A stretch of DNA of 64,000 bases from Haliotis cracherodii (taxonomy: Eukaryota), in contig NW_027266264.1 in assembly GCF_022045235.1 (NCBI RefSeq), positions 2,976,001-3,040,000 of the forward strand, written 5' to 3'. The translations under genes and the position numbers were made by a program. The notes under the pieces are model-generated. The model did no database searches and was not told the DNA's origin. It worked only from the letters and a program-made list of their open reading frames with translations. This document shows, piece by piece, positions 1-13,200 of the stretch (its first letter is position 1; each line of letters opens with the position of its first letter).

Positions 1-35
1 ATTAATTTCATCAGCTATGGTATAACTTCCGGCTT

Positions 36-450
36 GTTATTCTGGACACTGTTATACCGGACGTTGTTAAACTGGACATTGTTATACTGGACATTGTTAT
101 TCCGGACATTGTTATACTGGACAATTGTTATTCCGGACATTGTTATACTGGACATTGTTATACTGGACATTGTAATAAATCAAATTGTTATACTGGAGAT
201 TGTTATTTCGGACATTGTTATACTGGACATTGTTATACGGGACATTGTAATAACGGACATTGTTATACTGTGCATTGCTATAACGGACATTGTTATCAGA
301 ACATTGTTATACCAGACATTGTTGTAACGGACATTGTTAAACCAGATATTGCTATAACGGACATTGTTATACCAGACATTGTTATACTGGACAGTGTTAT
401 GTCAGACATTGCTATAACGGACATTGTTATTCCAGACATTGTTATACTGA
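36..450 (+). repeat. 15-bp minisatellite (GGACATTGTTATACT)n
   Basis: Direct inspection; gives spurious DIVIL/WTLLY ORFs. Confidence 0.95.
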
Positions 451-1322
451 ATAAAATCGATTTATTTATATGAGTACGGGAGGAAGCATATTATTACACT
501 ATTAATGACAACTGTTTCGCTAATATTACGAAGCAACATATTCATACCACGAATACGTTGTCTTTCTTTACTTCCATATGGTTGCGATATAGCTTATAGT
601 CGAGCCTGGACCAACTAACCAGTGGTTGATAGTATGAGTATCATCCCACGCCACCAAAATACTATGACACATGGTGTAATGATAATAATACATATATCAT
701 TGTCCAAATAAGTAACCTATGCAATATTTTTGTCAATATTGAACAACCAATGTGACCAACTACGTACTTCAGAAAAGAGAAGGAGTTGGAGGATCAGTAC
801 TAACAAAAGGGAAACTAGCTACTTCCAACACATAATGATTCATCTGGTCTAATTACGAGAGTCGGGGCGGTGGATATGCAGTCATATGCAGGCCCTTAGG
901 AACGAGAGGGGGTGGGGGTCTAGAGGGCACTTAGATAATTTAGTTAGTATTTCATATGAGCTATTCTTGAAATAACTGCATATACATTAAAGCGACAAAA
1001 CCTTTTCAATATTCATTCTCTTCCTAATAAATCTCTGCCAAATACAGTGTCGATTTTACGATTCCGACTATACCAAAAGCATGTGTTCATAAGTTACTAT
1101 AGTGGTGATGACACCAGGTGTTCGTGGGGAAGACACCAGGAGTTCGCGACCAGGCGAACGCATATGAGCTACTTCTAGACAGAGGCAGTTGACAGTCGGG
1201 CCCTGTTCCACAAAACAATCTCACCTCGGCTTAACTTTGACCGGTAATTAACAATGGCTCGGCAATTTATCTGAATGATCATCATTCATTTCTTTATGTC
1301 CATAGTGTAACCTGTCTTTGTA

Positions 1323-1496
1323 CAGTAAACAACGTTTTTAACGAACACGCTTATAACGAACTGACCAATATAACGAACTTATTTTTTAGTCCCTGCCATT
1401 TTTTGTATATATGCATATATATGCTTATAACGAACTACGGTTATCACGAACTAAAATTAGTGGTCCCTTTGAGTTCGTTATAACCGTAGTTTACTG
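1323..1496. mobile_element. Tc1/pogo-type MITE
   Basis: TA|CAGTAAAC...GTTTACTG|TA terminal inverted repeats; internal TATAACGAAC repeats; second copy at 49688-49850. Confidence 0.8.
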
Positions 1497-1534
1497 TATA
1501 TGGCAGAGCAATGCGGGTTTTTACAAGATGTACT

Positions 1535-1771
1535 GACCCGTGAAGATGTGGGGTAGAATAGGTCTTCAGCAACCAATGCATGTTTGCCGTAAAAGGCGAC
1601 TATGCGATGGGATCGGATGGTAAGGCTCCCTTGACTTGGTTGATACATGTCATCGTATCCCGATTGCGTGGCTCGAAGCTCATGATGTCAATCACTGAAT
1701 TAACTGGTCCAGACTCGATTACTAACATGCCGCCGTCATATAGCTGGAATATTTCTGAGTGCGGCGTTAAA
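1535..1771 (+). mobile_element. ~260-bp SINE-like retroposon
   Basis: GACCCGTGAAGAT..GGTCTTCAGCAACC..GGTCCAGACTCGATT..ATAGCTGGAATATT. Confidence 0.8.
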
Positions 1772-2335
1772 CATGTGCTTGTGAGCATAGAAGGACAATT
1801 ACGATGAGACAAAAATAGTATTGGCAAAAAATACAAATTGTCAATATAAGATGTCATATGGGAATGTTAGTTTTGTTCAGTTTAAGTATGAATGTACCAT
1901 ATGACCGTGTTTCTGTATTAACGTTGAGGTTCAAACCGAAAGTTTAAAATAGTTTATTAGTGAAACTGCTTTCCATGATTATAATTTTCTCGAAAGTAAA
2001 TACTAAAAATAAAAAGATAAACTTCACAGTCAAACAAAATACATGGAATAAATACATAGGTAATATTAACCTTAGTGAGTTAAGGAAGAGTGAGGCCAAC
2101 CGTGGGTTGTGATCGTAACTTCAGGTATATTCATTTACATGCACACATTTACTTACGTAAGTTTATTTGTATAAACAGTAAATTAACTTCGGATGAGTAA
2201 ATATGTCATGAAAACGGCTCTGCACACGTGAGTATTAATACTCTTCAAACACTTTTACACACCACCAAAAGAGTTCGTGTAATAGTATATTTACTCCCTA
2301 AGTATTTTACCCCATGAGTAAACTATGTCTTGTAA

Positions 2336-2946
2336 TACCCCGTTCACATGCACAACATTTACTAACGTAAGTAATTTTACACGTGTAACTTTACACACGT
2401 GCGTATATGTAATGTTACTATGTATTCACACAAAAAAGCATCTTAGGTGTGTAAATAAAGTATGTAAATGGTGAAAGGTACACATATTCGCCAGTCTGTT
2501 CACGACTTTCAACACAAAACAGGTTGTTTTCCAATCAAAGTTGAATGAGAAGAGAGTTACTTCACCGAATATTTTTCGCGTGAAGCAACATGTGTTTGGT
2601 GTGTACAAATCTTTTTGACTCCTTGAAGCCAAAAGAAAACACCGTCCGCTCAACTCTGTATATACGCATGGCAATTTGTTTGCAGTTGACAATTTGTTTG
2701 GTGTTGGCAAAAGAATAGATATTAATTAGATCATCCTCTTACGTTGACATAAACGTTCACATTGCAACATATACTCACAGTGCAGATTTATATTTACACC
2801 TGCTCCAGACATGATACAAATTTCCTTCTGATGTAAATAAATACACATAAGTAAAGGCGTTCACAAGACAAGATACTCACATATGTATTTCTACACACGT
2901 ATGCACATATACACACATATGTATAGAGGCGCATGTGAACGGGGTA
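2336..2946. mobile_element. Harbinger/Tourist-like MITE nested in the larger element
   Basis: Perfect 16-bp TIR TACCCCGTTCACATGC; TAA on both sides. Confidence 0.8.
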
Positions 2947-3982
2947 TAAGACATTGGGGTGTAGGGGCATTGTAGTTTACTCACGTATGCAAACTGATAC
3001 CACCATGCCTATGAAACTTTTTTTCTGGTCATTTCATGGTATCCATGACAATCCATTTGTCTACCCCACCAGACATGCTACATTTCCTCGTCACACACCA
3101 ATGTGACAATCGATTACAATTTATTACGATACGTCTTTCAGAACCTTTATTTTTTGTGCCAACGGTGCAACAGATACCGATCGTTTTCTTTTCTGTCATA
3201 GATAAATGAATATGTGTGTTGTACATTACATTGTTCAGAATCAAATCACAATAAGTAATTTACGTGATGTACGTTTATTCAGAGGTTTATTAGTACACAT
3301 TGCAGCATGTTATTCATCATCAGTGTTTGTGGTACAGATGGCGGTGTCCAATGAGGATTGATGTGGCATAGTATTATACCACAGACAAGTTTGACGACCA
3401 TAGACTTTTCAGGCATTGACGAAATGTGCTGCCAAGTGTATGCCAAGTCATTACGCAGGCTGTTTGCGTTTTGCAGAGGATCATCGTCAACATCGTCATG
3501 GCCATCTTTGCTTGCCTCTATCCGCAATGTTCTTGTAGCTCCCATGTTTCATTTCACAAAGGTTCTGTGGTGATATTTGTAGTCATATGTAGCCTGGAGA
3601 ATGACTGATTACCAGCCCTTTCGATTGAGGATTTCGCCGTAGGCAATGGCTGATACAACAAGAAGGATATGGGTACCATCTATGGTCTCTCTGAATTTTT
3701 GAATCCCCGAAGTAAATTTTTAAATTGATTTAAATCGTATGGGGTTCAGCACCTGTAGGGAAGGTTACAGGTTTTCCGATATTTCAGTTTCCACAGACTG
3801 CGTGCACACATTTTCATACAGTTGCCATTCCAACCCAAACCAGATTATCGACAGTGCGGTATCCAGCATTAACTAGTACATAGCTATGGCAACTCTGTGA
3901 TGGAGTTCAGTAGGCTCTCTTTCGGGCAGGGAATCATTGAAGAAATTAATTGTTTCTTGTGTTATGCGGAAGGTTTTCTGAA

Positions 3983-4181
3983 TATACGGGGTAGAATAGG
4001 TCTTCAGCAACCCATGCTTGCCGTAAAAGGCGACTATGCTTGTCATAAGAGCCGACTAACGGAATCGGGTCGTCAGACTTGGTTGATGCATGTAATCGAT
4101 TCGACTCGATTATTTACCGACCGACGTCATATAGCTGGAATATGGCTGAATGCGGCGTAAAACAACAAACCAACCAACCAA
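3983..4181 (+). mobile_element. ~260-bp SINE-like retroposon (internally deleted)
   Basis: Same family motifs. Confidence 0.75.
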
Positions 4182-4790
4182 TCATTGTGACAGTGACGTT
4201 CATCTGACAATATCGTTCCACAGGATGCGTGGACGTTGCCTTGCCCATGCATTGAAACCTTCGTTAATCCCAGGACAAGGCATGGACATAGGAAATACGG
4301 ACAGTCAACTCATTGCGCGTACCTATGTCTGACTTGAAAAGGTTAAAAAAGGGTTCAAAATAGGACATCTCACGATAATCAAATCTCACGGTATGCAAAT
4401 CATAGATACTCTAATTGGATAAATGGTCATGTGAAAACAGAGTCAATTTACTTTAACTCCTTTACATAAGTTATTCCGTGTGTTAAAATACTCACAGAAG
4501 TAAATGCCGACATGTAAATGAGGCTTCAGTTAAGGTTGTTTCATGAAATAAGAAGCCAACCTCAACAAAGGTCTAAAGTTCAAATCTTATGACTTACGAT
4601 CGCTTTAGTACTTACAGAAGGAAACTAACCATGTCTGTCTACTCATTACTCATTACGCAACTGAAAACATAGTAGTCACATAGCTGGGATAAAGGGCCGG
4701 AAACATAAATGGTGTTGGGTTCAATCCTCAGATACACAAATAGGGTTATGTTGACATATTTATTCGAACTTGCACCAAATGTTTTTGCAG

Positions 4791-7700
4791 AATCTCAAGG
4801 AATAGTGTTGGATCCGAGCTCGAGAATCCTTTTTTACAGTGATGATAGAACTGCGGTCATTGGGAAATATCATCTGAAGACGAGAGTGGAAGAATTGATT
4901 GTACGTTCAGATTTGAGTCGACCACACGCCCTTGCAGCTGATACACAGAGAAGGTATGATGATGAGCATGTTTGCCGTTTTACATGATAGTTTATTGATC
5001 TGGTGTAGCAGATAGCATTTGTTTTGAAAAGGAAAAAAGTGTTCGCTCGTGAGAGCGAGTGTAAGTGTTGGTCTTGTATGGGTGTGAATGCGAGAGCGGA
5101 TGTGAGTGTTAGTGTTAGTGTTTGTGTGAGAGCGAGTGTGAGCGTTGGTCTTGTATGGGTGTGAATGTGAGAGTGGGTGCGGGTGCGGGTGTGAGTGTTA
5201 GTGTGAGTGTCAGTGTTAGTGTGAGAGCGTTTATGAGTGTTGGTCTTGTATGGGTGTGAATGTGAGAGTGGGTATGGGTGTGAGTGTTAGTGTGACTGTG
5301 AGTGTTAGTGTTAGTGTGAGAGCGAGTGTTGGTCTTGTATGGGTGTGAATGTGAGAGTGGGTATGGGTGTGAGTGTTAGTGTGAGTGTGAGTGTTAATGT
5401 TAGTGTTAGTTTGAGAGCGAGTGTTGGTCTTGTATTGGTGTGAATGTGAGAGTGGGTGTGGGTGTGAGTGTTAGTGTGAGTGTGAGTGTTAGTGTTAGTT
5501 TGAGAGCGAGTGTGAGTGTTGGTCTTGTATGGATGTGAATGCGAGAGTGGGTGTGGTGTGAGTGTTAGTGTGAGTGTCAGTGTTTGTGTGAGAGCGAGTG
5601 TGAGTGTTGGTCTTGTATGGATGTGAATGTGGGTGTGGGTGTGGGTGTGGGTGTAAGTGTTAGTGTTAGTGTTAGTGTTAGTGTGAGAGCGAGTGTGAGT
5701 GTTGGTCTTGTATGGGTGTGAATGTGAGAGTGGGTGCGGGTGTGAGTGTTAGTGTGAGTGTCAGTGTTAGTGTGAGAGCGTTTGTGAGTGTTGGTACTGT
5801 ATGGGTGTGAATGTGAGAGTGGGTATGGGTGTGAGTGTTAGTGTGACTGTGAGTGTTAGTGTTAGTGTGAGGGCGAGTGTTGGTCTTGTATTGGTGTGAA
5901 TGTGAGAGTGGGTGTGGGTGTGAGTGTTAGTGTGAGTGTGAGTGTTTGTGTGAGAGCGAGTGTGAGTGTTGGTCTTGTATGGATGTGAATGTGGGTATGG
6001 GTGTGAGTGTTAGTGTGAGTGTGAGTGTTAGTGTTAGTTTGAGAGCGAGTGTGAGTGTTGGTCTTGTATGGGTGTGAATGCGAGAGTGGGTGTGGTGTGA
6101 GTGTTAGTGTGAGTGTCAGTGTTTGTGTGAGAGCGAGTGTGAGTGTTGGTCTTGTATGGGTGTGAATGTAAGAGTGGGTGTGAGTGTGAGTGTTAGTGTG
6201 AGAGCGAATGTGAGTGTTGGTCTTGTATGGATGTGAGAGTGGGTGTGGGTGTGAGTGTTAGTGTGAGTGTGAGAGCGAGTGTTGGTCTTGTATGGGTGTG
6301 AATGTGACAGTGGGCGTGAGTGTGAGTGTTAGTGTTAGTTTGAGAACGAGTGTGAGTGTTGGTCTTGTATGGGTGTGAATGCAAGAGTGCGTATGAGTGT
6401 TAGTGTGAGTGTTAGTGTTAGTTTGAGAACGAGTGTGAGTGTTGGTCTTGTATGGGTGTGAATGCAAGAGTGGGTGTGAGTGTTAGTGTGAGTGTCAGTG
6501 TTAGTGTGAGAGCAAGTGTGAGTGTTGGTCTTGTGTGGGTGTGAATGCAAGAGTGGGTGTGAGTGTGAGAGCGAGTTTGAGTGTTGGTCTTGTGTGGGTG
6601 TGAATGCGAGAGTGGGTGTGAGTGTGAGAGCGAGTTTGAGTGTCAGTGATGTGTGAGTGTGGGTGTAAGCGTGAATATGAGCATGTGTGTAAGCGTAAGT
6701 GCGAGTGGGTGTGGTATTGTGAGTTCATTTGTTCGTGTGGGTGATTGAAAGTTCAGACATTTTACGTCCTGTCTCACTGAAATGGAATGGAGCAGGAGCT
6801 TATTTTCTTGTATGTCCGGTCCAAAATGTACAACCTAAATCAAGTTACTGATATTTCTGATTCCCATATAAGCGTGCCCTTATACAAACAGGAAACTCTA
6901 CTGGTCAGACATTGGAAACTCCCCTAGAATCGAAATGGCTGACTACAACGGGAATGACAGAGAAATCATTGTACAGTCCCACCTCATCTGGCCTACATCA
7001 CTGGTGTTGGACAAAACAGGTAAATTGTCACAAAAGTGTTACCCACTCACGAAAAGGCAGGTAACCCTTTTCCAGAAATCAAGCGTACACCGTACGGATA
7101 CATCCCGGATACAACATAAGTAACACGGTTAAATGTAAATTTCTAAATCGTTTTCAAGTTTGTCTGCACGACTTTGGTATGGAGGTATGATTCCGAGAGA
7201 CTGTTCCCTGCACATACGTATTCCCAGTATTCTAGATATGCCATATCATATGGTAAAGGCTGATAGTAGTAACAGTTAACTGTGTTATATAGGAGACAAT
7301 TTGTACTGGGTTGATGAACATGGATCCTTGAATGACGTGATGGCACTAAACCTCTCCACAAGGACTTCCAGATCTATACCGTACACTGGGCGCCGGCGGG
7401 AATTCTTCGATCTTGATGTGTACAACGACACTTTATACTTCATTGACCGGGAGGCAACGTTAGTGATGTCATGAATACTATTTGTGTGTTTATTGGTCTT
7501 GATTACTTTACAATGAAATTGAATTAACAGAGAGTCTTTAAAGAGAAGTATGGTAATATACCTGTTGTGATACTTTTTTTTTTAACAATTAAAATGTGTT
7601 ATTGTGTTCTTTTTTCACTCGAAGAAATATGAATCATACGACTTCTGAAACATTAACACCGTTAAGCATAACAAACAAACAATGAACCAAACGCAAGCAC

Positions 7701-7894
7701 ACGCCAAGGAAAATGAAATCTTACATTGAATGCCGACCTGTCTACTGTTTGTTTTTCAAAGAAATACTTACTGTCCCATGTTTCCAGGTCTGTCTATTTA
7801 TCGATGCCAATAACGGGAGGAGAACTGACACCAACATCAACGCCAGAAGGGATGTCAATGTACAGACACATCTGCGTGTTCCACTACCCACATG
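4791..7894 (+). CDS. YWTD/LDLR class B propeller module 1 (exons 2-5; first propeller exon lies upstream of window)
   Basis: Exons encode SQGIVLDPSSRILFYSD..., KLYWSDIGNSPRIEMADYNG..., DNLYWVDEHG...TLYFID, SVYLSMPITGG...VFHYPH. Window bases 1-40 match the intron start that follows exon 15664-15876. Confidence 0.85.
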
Positions 7895-10194
7895 GTGAAT
7901 ATAATACATTTGTGTGACAGGATTGAATAGAGGGGTGCTACAATGTTGTCTTTACAGGGGTCGGCAAATATACTACCTGTCTGGTTTTGCATTAAACAAT
8001 CTAGAGATAGACTTGTAACACCATGCGGAACTCAGTAGTATTACTGCTTCTTTACATACCTATGTAAGTGCTTGGGTTCTGATCCCTTCGACCGCCTCCG
8101 TGGTCTGGGAGAGAGCGGAAGGCCCGGGGTTCGATTCCCGGCCACGTCTTACCAAAAGACGTTAAAAGATACTTGTCACTTGGTACTTGTTGTTTCCCTG
8201 TCTGACGCTTGGCATAAAGGGGCTAACACAAGAACTGGTCGGCTCGGAGTCATTATACTGTGTCGTTTTGGGTATTTATGTTAAACTGCGGCATGGTATC
8301 TCAGTGAGCTAGCTCTATAAATCGGCATCTGTCCGTACTACAACAAGCAGCCATACACACGCACGCACGCACGCACGCAAGCACGTCGCTATGTAAGTGA
8401 ATATTCCTGGACGCGACGTTGAACCCGATTTCTCCTCACCTCTGATCCTTTTCGGAGTAAAGTGCACGGATTAATTTACATTCTGTGTGTTGGAACTATT
8501 TCAAAGACAATATCGCCATAAATTAATCTTCCATATCTCCACATGTCTGCATGGGGATTCATGGATTGACATGTAAAAGTTCATAAGAGTATATATATAT
8601 ATTCAGTTCTGTAACTTGTAATTTAGAAATTCCACGATGCCCGCCTGGTACCCATGGGAAGGAATGCCAAGTGCCGTGTGGACATTGTCGAGACGATGGG
8701 CCGTGCATGATTGATACTGGACGCTGTCCATCGGGGTGTCAACCAGGGTGGATGGGGAACATGTGCACTGAAGGTAGAACGTATTTCTTGCCAGATGGTC
8801 TTTGTCATATATTATCATTGCTAGCAAAGCTCGTATCATTTGTGTTTCATAATATTATGTAGTGCCTCTTATTTCGTAGCCATTGTATAACCTGGAGTGC
8901 CCAGATGGAAGTCACGTCCCAAGTGGACACTGAAGATAAACACTATTTATCCAATTTAATATGAAACAACCAGTTAAAAGCATTGGTGGCTGTTGATTGT
9001 ACATGTACTGACGTTGAACTAATTCATTATGTACATGTGATATTCTGACTTTTATCCTCATGACGGTGTTCTACATTTGCATGTCCCTTGCTACCCGTGA
9101 GACGAGACAGATAGTAGACAATGTACAGGTACAAACTTTAACGTACTTAATGTCTAATGTTTCAGGGTGTGCAGATGGGTATTTTGGCGTCAACTGCAAT
9201 GATTCTTGTGGCAAATGTAAAGGTGGAGTTGTCTGTGACAAAGCAGATGGACGATGTGCCTCAGGATATGAGACCGGCTGGATTGGGTACAACTGTACTC
9301 AAGGTGAGATTTATGTAAATAGGCATCATCTACAAGCTTCCATCCAAACTTGTAAAAGGGATGAGCTTGAAACGTCGGAAAAATATTCATTTGAAATCAT
9401 CTAATTTTCCTATGAAGCATATATCCTGGTTATCACGCGAGTGTGTTTGGGGATGGTAGAAAGTCAGGATTAGGAATGAACATTGTATTTAGCGAGACTT
9501 GGCGCGGTAAATACATAGTGTTTATTCCTAATACTGGATATGTAGAACATATTATTCTTCTGCTGTCATTACATACCCTTCTCATGTTATCCCACTCATG
9601 TATGCAATTGTTGTTACTGTTCATCCTCCACTTATTATATATATTCTGTACCATGTTCATCATTCAGTCTTGCTTGACAACGGTATAAGGATCTGTACCG
9701 AAACGTCGTCTTCACAGGCATTAAAGAAGTTGTTATCCATAAATTGTGTCTACTTTGACTGTGAGACTTATCGGCAGGATTCGTTACGGTCAAGCATCCC
9801 ATCCTCATATATTACCGACACTGCACTAGCTTGTTTGAATCCTATCATAGCTTCAGATATCAGCAAAAACCTGTGAATTGAAAACGATTTCCTGCCTACA
9901 AACTTTGCAAGGTGTCACTCAAGGCTCTGTCTTAGGACCAATATTGTTAACCCTATATGCACGGTCTCTCAGCAAAATTGGTGACAAGCACGAAATCAAT
10001 CAACACCAGTGTGCTAATGCTAACCAGCTGTATGTTGGTTTCTCACATGACGATGCAGGAAAATGGGTCGTCGTGTTGGGTATTTATGTTAAACTGTGAC
10101 ATGGTTTGTCAGTGAGGTAGCACTATAAATCGGCATCTGTCGGGACTAGAAGAAGCAGCCACACACGCACGCACGCACGCACGCACACTCACAT

Positions 10195-10229
<35 letters not shown>

Positions 10230-13200
10230 ATGTAAGTGAATAATCTTGGACGCGACGTTAAACCCCATTTCACCTCACCTCAGATCCATTTCGGAGTAAA
10301 GATAAGTTTACATTCTGTGTGTTGGTTACTATTTCAAAGACAATATCGCCATACATCAATCTTCCATATCTCCACATGTCTGCATGGGGATTCATGGATT
10401 GACATGTAAAAGTTCATAAGAGTATATATATATATTCAGTTCTGTAACTTGTAATTTAGAAATTCCACGATGCCCGCCTGGTACCCATGGGAAGGAATGC
10501 CAAGTGCCGTGTGGACATTGTCTAGACGATAGGCCGTGCATGATTGATACTGGACGCTGTCCATCCGGGTGTCAACCGGGGTGGATGGGGAACATGTGCA
10601 CTGAAGGTAGAACGTATTTCTTGCCAGATGGTCTTTGTCATATAAACTGAAGTACAAAAAAAAGTACACACCCCACTATTCTGACAGTAAAAGAAGACAG
10701 GGCAAACTTTATTGTGATTGTAATGTTTAATGTCATTGTTGAGTCATTTTCAAACATGTTTAGAATGGATTTAAAGATTTTTGGCCACATAAAACTTTCC
10801 AGTTGACAATAACGTCCATAGGCAGTCACTCATCAAAAATCACACTTGTAGAAATGATGACAGTCCCAGGTATGAAGGCCATGCGAGTGGTCTCAGTACC
10901 TCGTATGACCCCCATTTGAGTTAATGCAAGCCAGGACACGCCTTCTCATGGAAAAGGTCAACCGTCGGATGACGTCATTAGGGATCCGCTGCCACTCTTC
11001 TCGCAGAGCCTGTTCCAGCTGTGGTATGGTGGTTGGTGGCTGTGCACGTCGTCGCAACTGTCTACCGAGATGGTCCCACAGGTGTTCAATGGGTGACAAG
11101 TCCGGAGAGGCAAAAGCTGAATGTTCTGACGGTTCAGGCAGTCCATAGTGAGTCTAGCAGTGTGTGGTCGGGCGTTATCTTGCTGAAAAAGAAACCCCTG
11201 CCTTTGCCTCTGCATGAAGGGGATCATCACCGGCTGTAACACTTGGTCCCTGTACCTCTGGGCTGTCAGGGTCTGGTGGAGAATGACCAAATCCGTCTTC
11301 TGTTCGCCGCAAATGCCTTCCCAAACCATAACGCTGCCTCCGCCAAAAGGATGAACTTGTTGGACACATGCTCCAGCCAGTCGCTCGCCTCTACGTCGGT
11401 AGACTCTCACTCTACCGTCAGCATGGTAGTGGTTGAATCGACTTTCATCGGTAAAGAGGACTCGTGACCAGTCACGACGTTGCCAGCGTCTGACTCTTCT
11501 TGCCCAGCGAAGACGGCTGATACGGTGTTGAGCGGTCAAGGTCATCCCAAGGAATGGTCGATAAGCCCGGATACCGGCAGCTCGTAGTCGTCTCATGACT
11601 GTGTTCCTGCTGATGTGGTGACCTAACGCTGTCGACGCTGTTGATGCCATGGTGAGGAACCTGTTGCGCAGGTGAAATGTGCGTATGTACCGGTCTTCTG
11701 CAGGGGTCGTCACTCTCGGTCTTCCTCTTCTTGGGCGGTCGGATGTCTGGCCAGTCTGGTTGACACGACGAAGGAGTCTGATAATGGTTTGCCTGGTGCA
11801 GCCAAGGGTCCTTGCGATGTGACTGTTCGACGCCCCCACTTGGGACATTCCCACGGCTCTCTCTCACTCCGCTGCTGTTAAACGTGGCATTTGTCTTGTG
11901 TGTTTTTTCATTGAATGTGTAATGAACGATAGAATCCACTGCCTTTTATACTGTTACTACGCACATTGCACGTGCAAATGGAGAAAATTGCCATTTTCAC
12001 AATGTGTGCTTTTGTTGCCTATCATAATGTCAAGGTTACGTTTCTGCGATATGCTCTCAATGGTTTTGTTCATTACATTACGATAGCGCCAAAAATGTAA
12101 CAACATTTTCAACCATATGCGTAATATATGATATTTTAGGGGTGTGTACTTTCTTTTGTACTTCAGTTTATTATCATTGCTAGCAAAACTCGTATCATTT
12201 GTGTTTCATTATATTATGTAGTGCCTCTTATTTCGTAGCCATTGTATAACCTGGAGTGCCCAGATGGAAGTCACGTCCCAAGTGGACACTGAAGATAAAC
12301 ACTATTTATCCAATTTAATATGAAACAACCAGTTAAAAGCATTGGTGGCTGTTGATTGTACATGTACTGACGTTGAACTAATTCATTATGTACATGTGAT
12401 ATTCTGACTTTTATCCTCATGACGGTGTTCTACATTTGCATGTCCCTTGCTACCCGTGAGACGAGACATATAGTAGACAATGTACAGGTACAAACTTTGA
12501 CGTTCTTAATGTCTAATGTTTCAGGGTGTGCAGATGGGTATTTTGGCGTCAACTGCAATGATTCTTGTGGCAAATGTAAAGGTGGAGTTGTCTGTGACAA
12601 AGCAGATGGACGATGTGCCTCAGGATGTGAGACCGGCTGGATTGGGTACAACTGTACTCAAGGTGAGATTTATGTAAATAGGCATCATCTACAAGCTTCC
12701 ATCCAAACTTGTAAAAGGAATGAGCTTGAAACGTCGGACAAAGTATTCATTTGAAATCATCTAATTTTCCTATGAAGCTTATATACAGGTTATCACGAGA
12801 GTGTTTGGGGATGGTAGAAAGCCAGTATTAGGAATGAACATTGTATTTAGCGAGACTTGGCGAGGTAAATACATAGTGTTTAGAACATATTCTCCTTCTG
12901 CTGTCATTACATACCCTTCTCATGTTATCCCACTCATGTATGCAATTGTTGTTACTGTTCATCCTCCACTTATTATATATATTCTGTACCATGTTCATCA
13001 TTCAGTCTTGCTTGACAACGGTATAAGGATCTATACCGAAACGTTGTCTTCACAGTCATTATAGAAGTTGTTATCCATAAATTGTGTCTACTTTGACTGT
13101 GAGACTTATCGGCAGGATTTGATACGATCAAGCATCCAATCCTCATATATCACCGACACTGCACTAGCTTGTTTGAATCCTATCATAGCTTCAGATATCA

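Larger units (their letters stand above)
2122..4527 (-). mobile_element. Degenerate PIF/Harbinger transposon
   Basis: Imperfect TIRs (CATTTACATG..CATTTACTT near 2130; inverse near 4500-4522). Minus-strand transposase remnants at ~3400-3900: YRTV.NL..GVG.ATV, IDGTHI, NRKGW*SVILQA, NLCE. Ends approximate. Confidence 0.7.
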
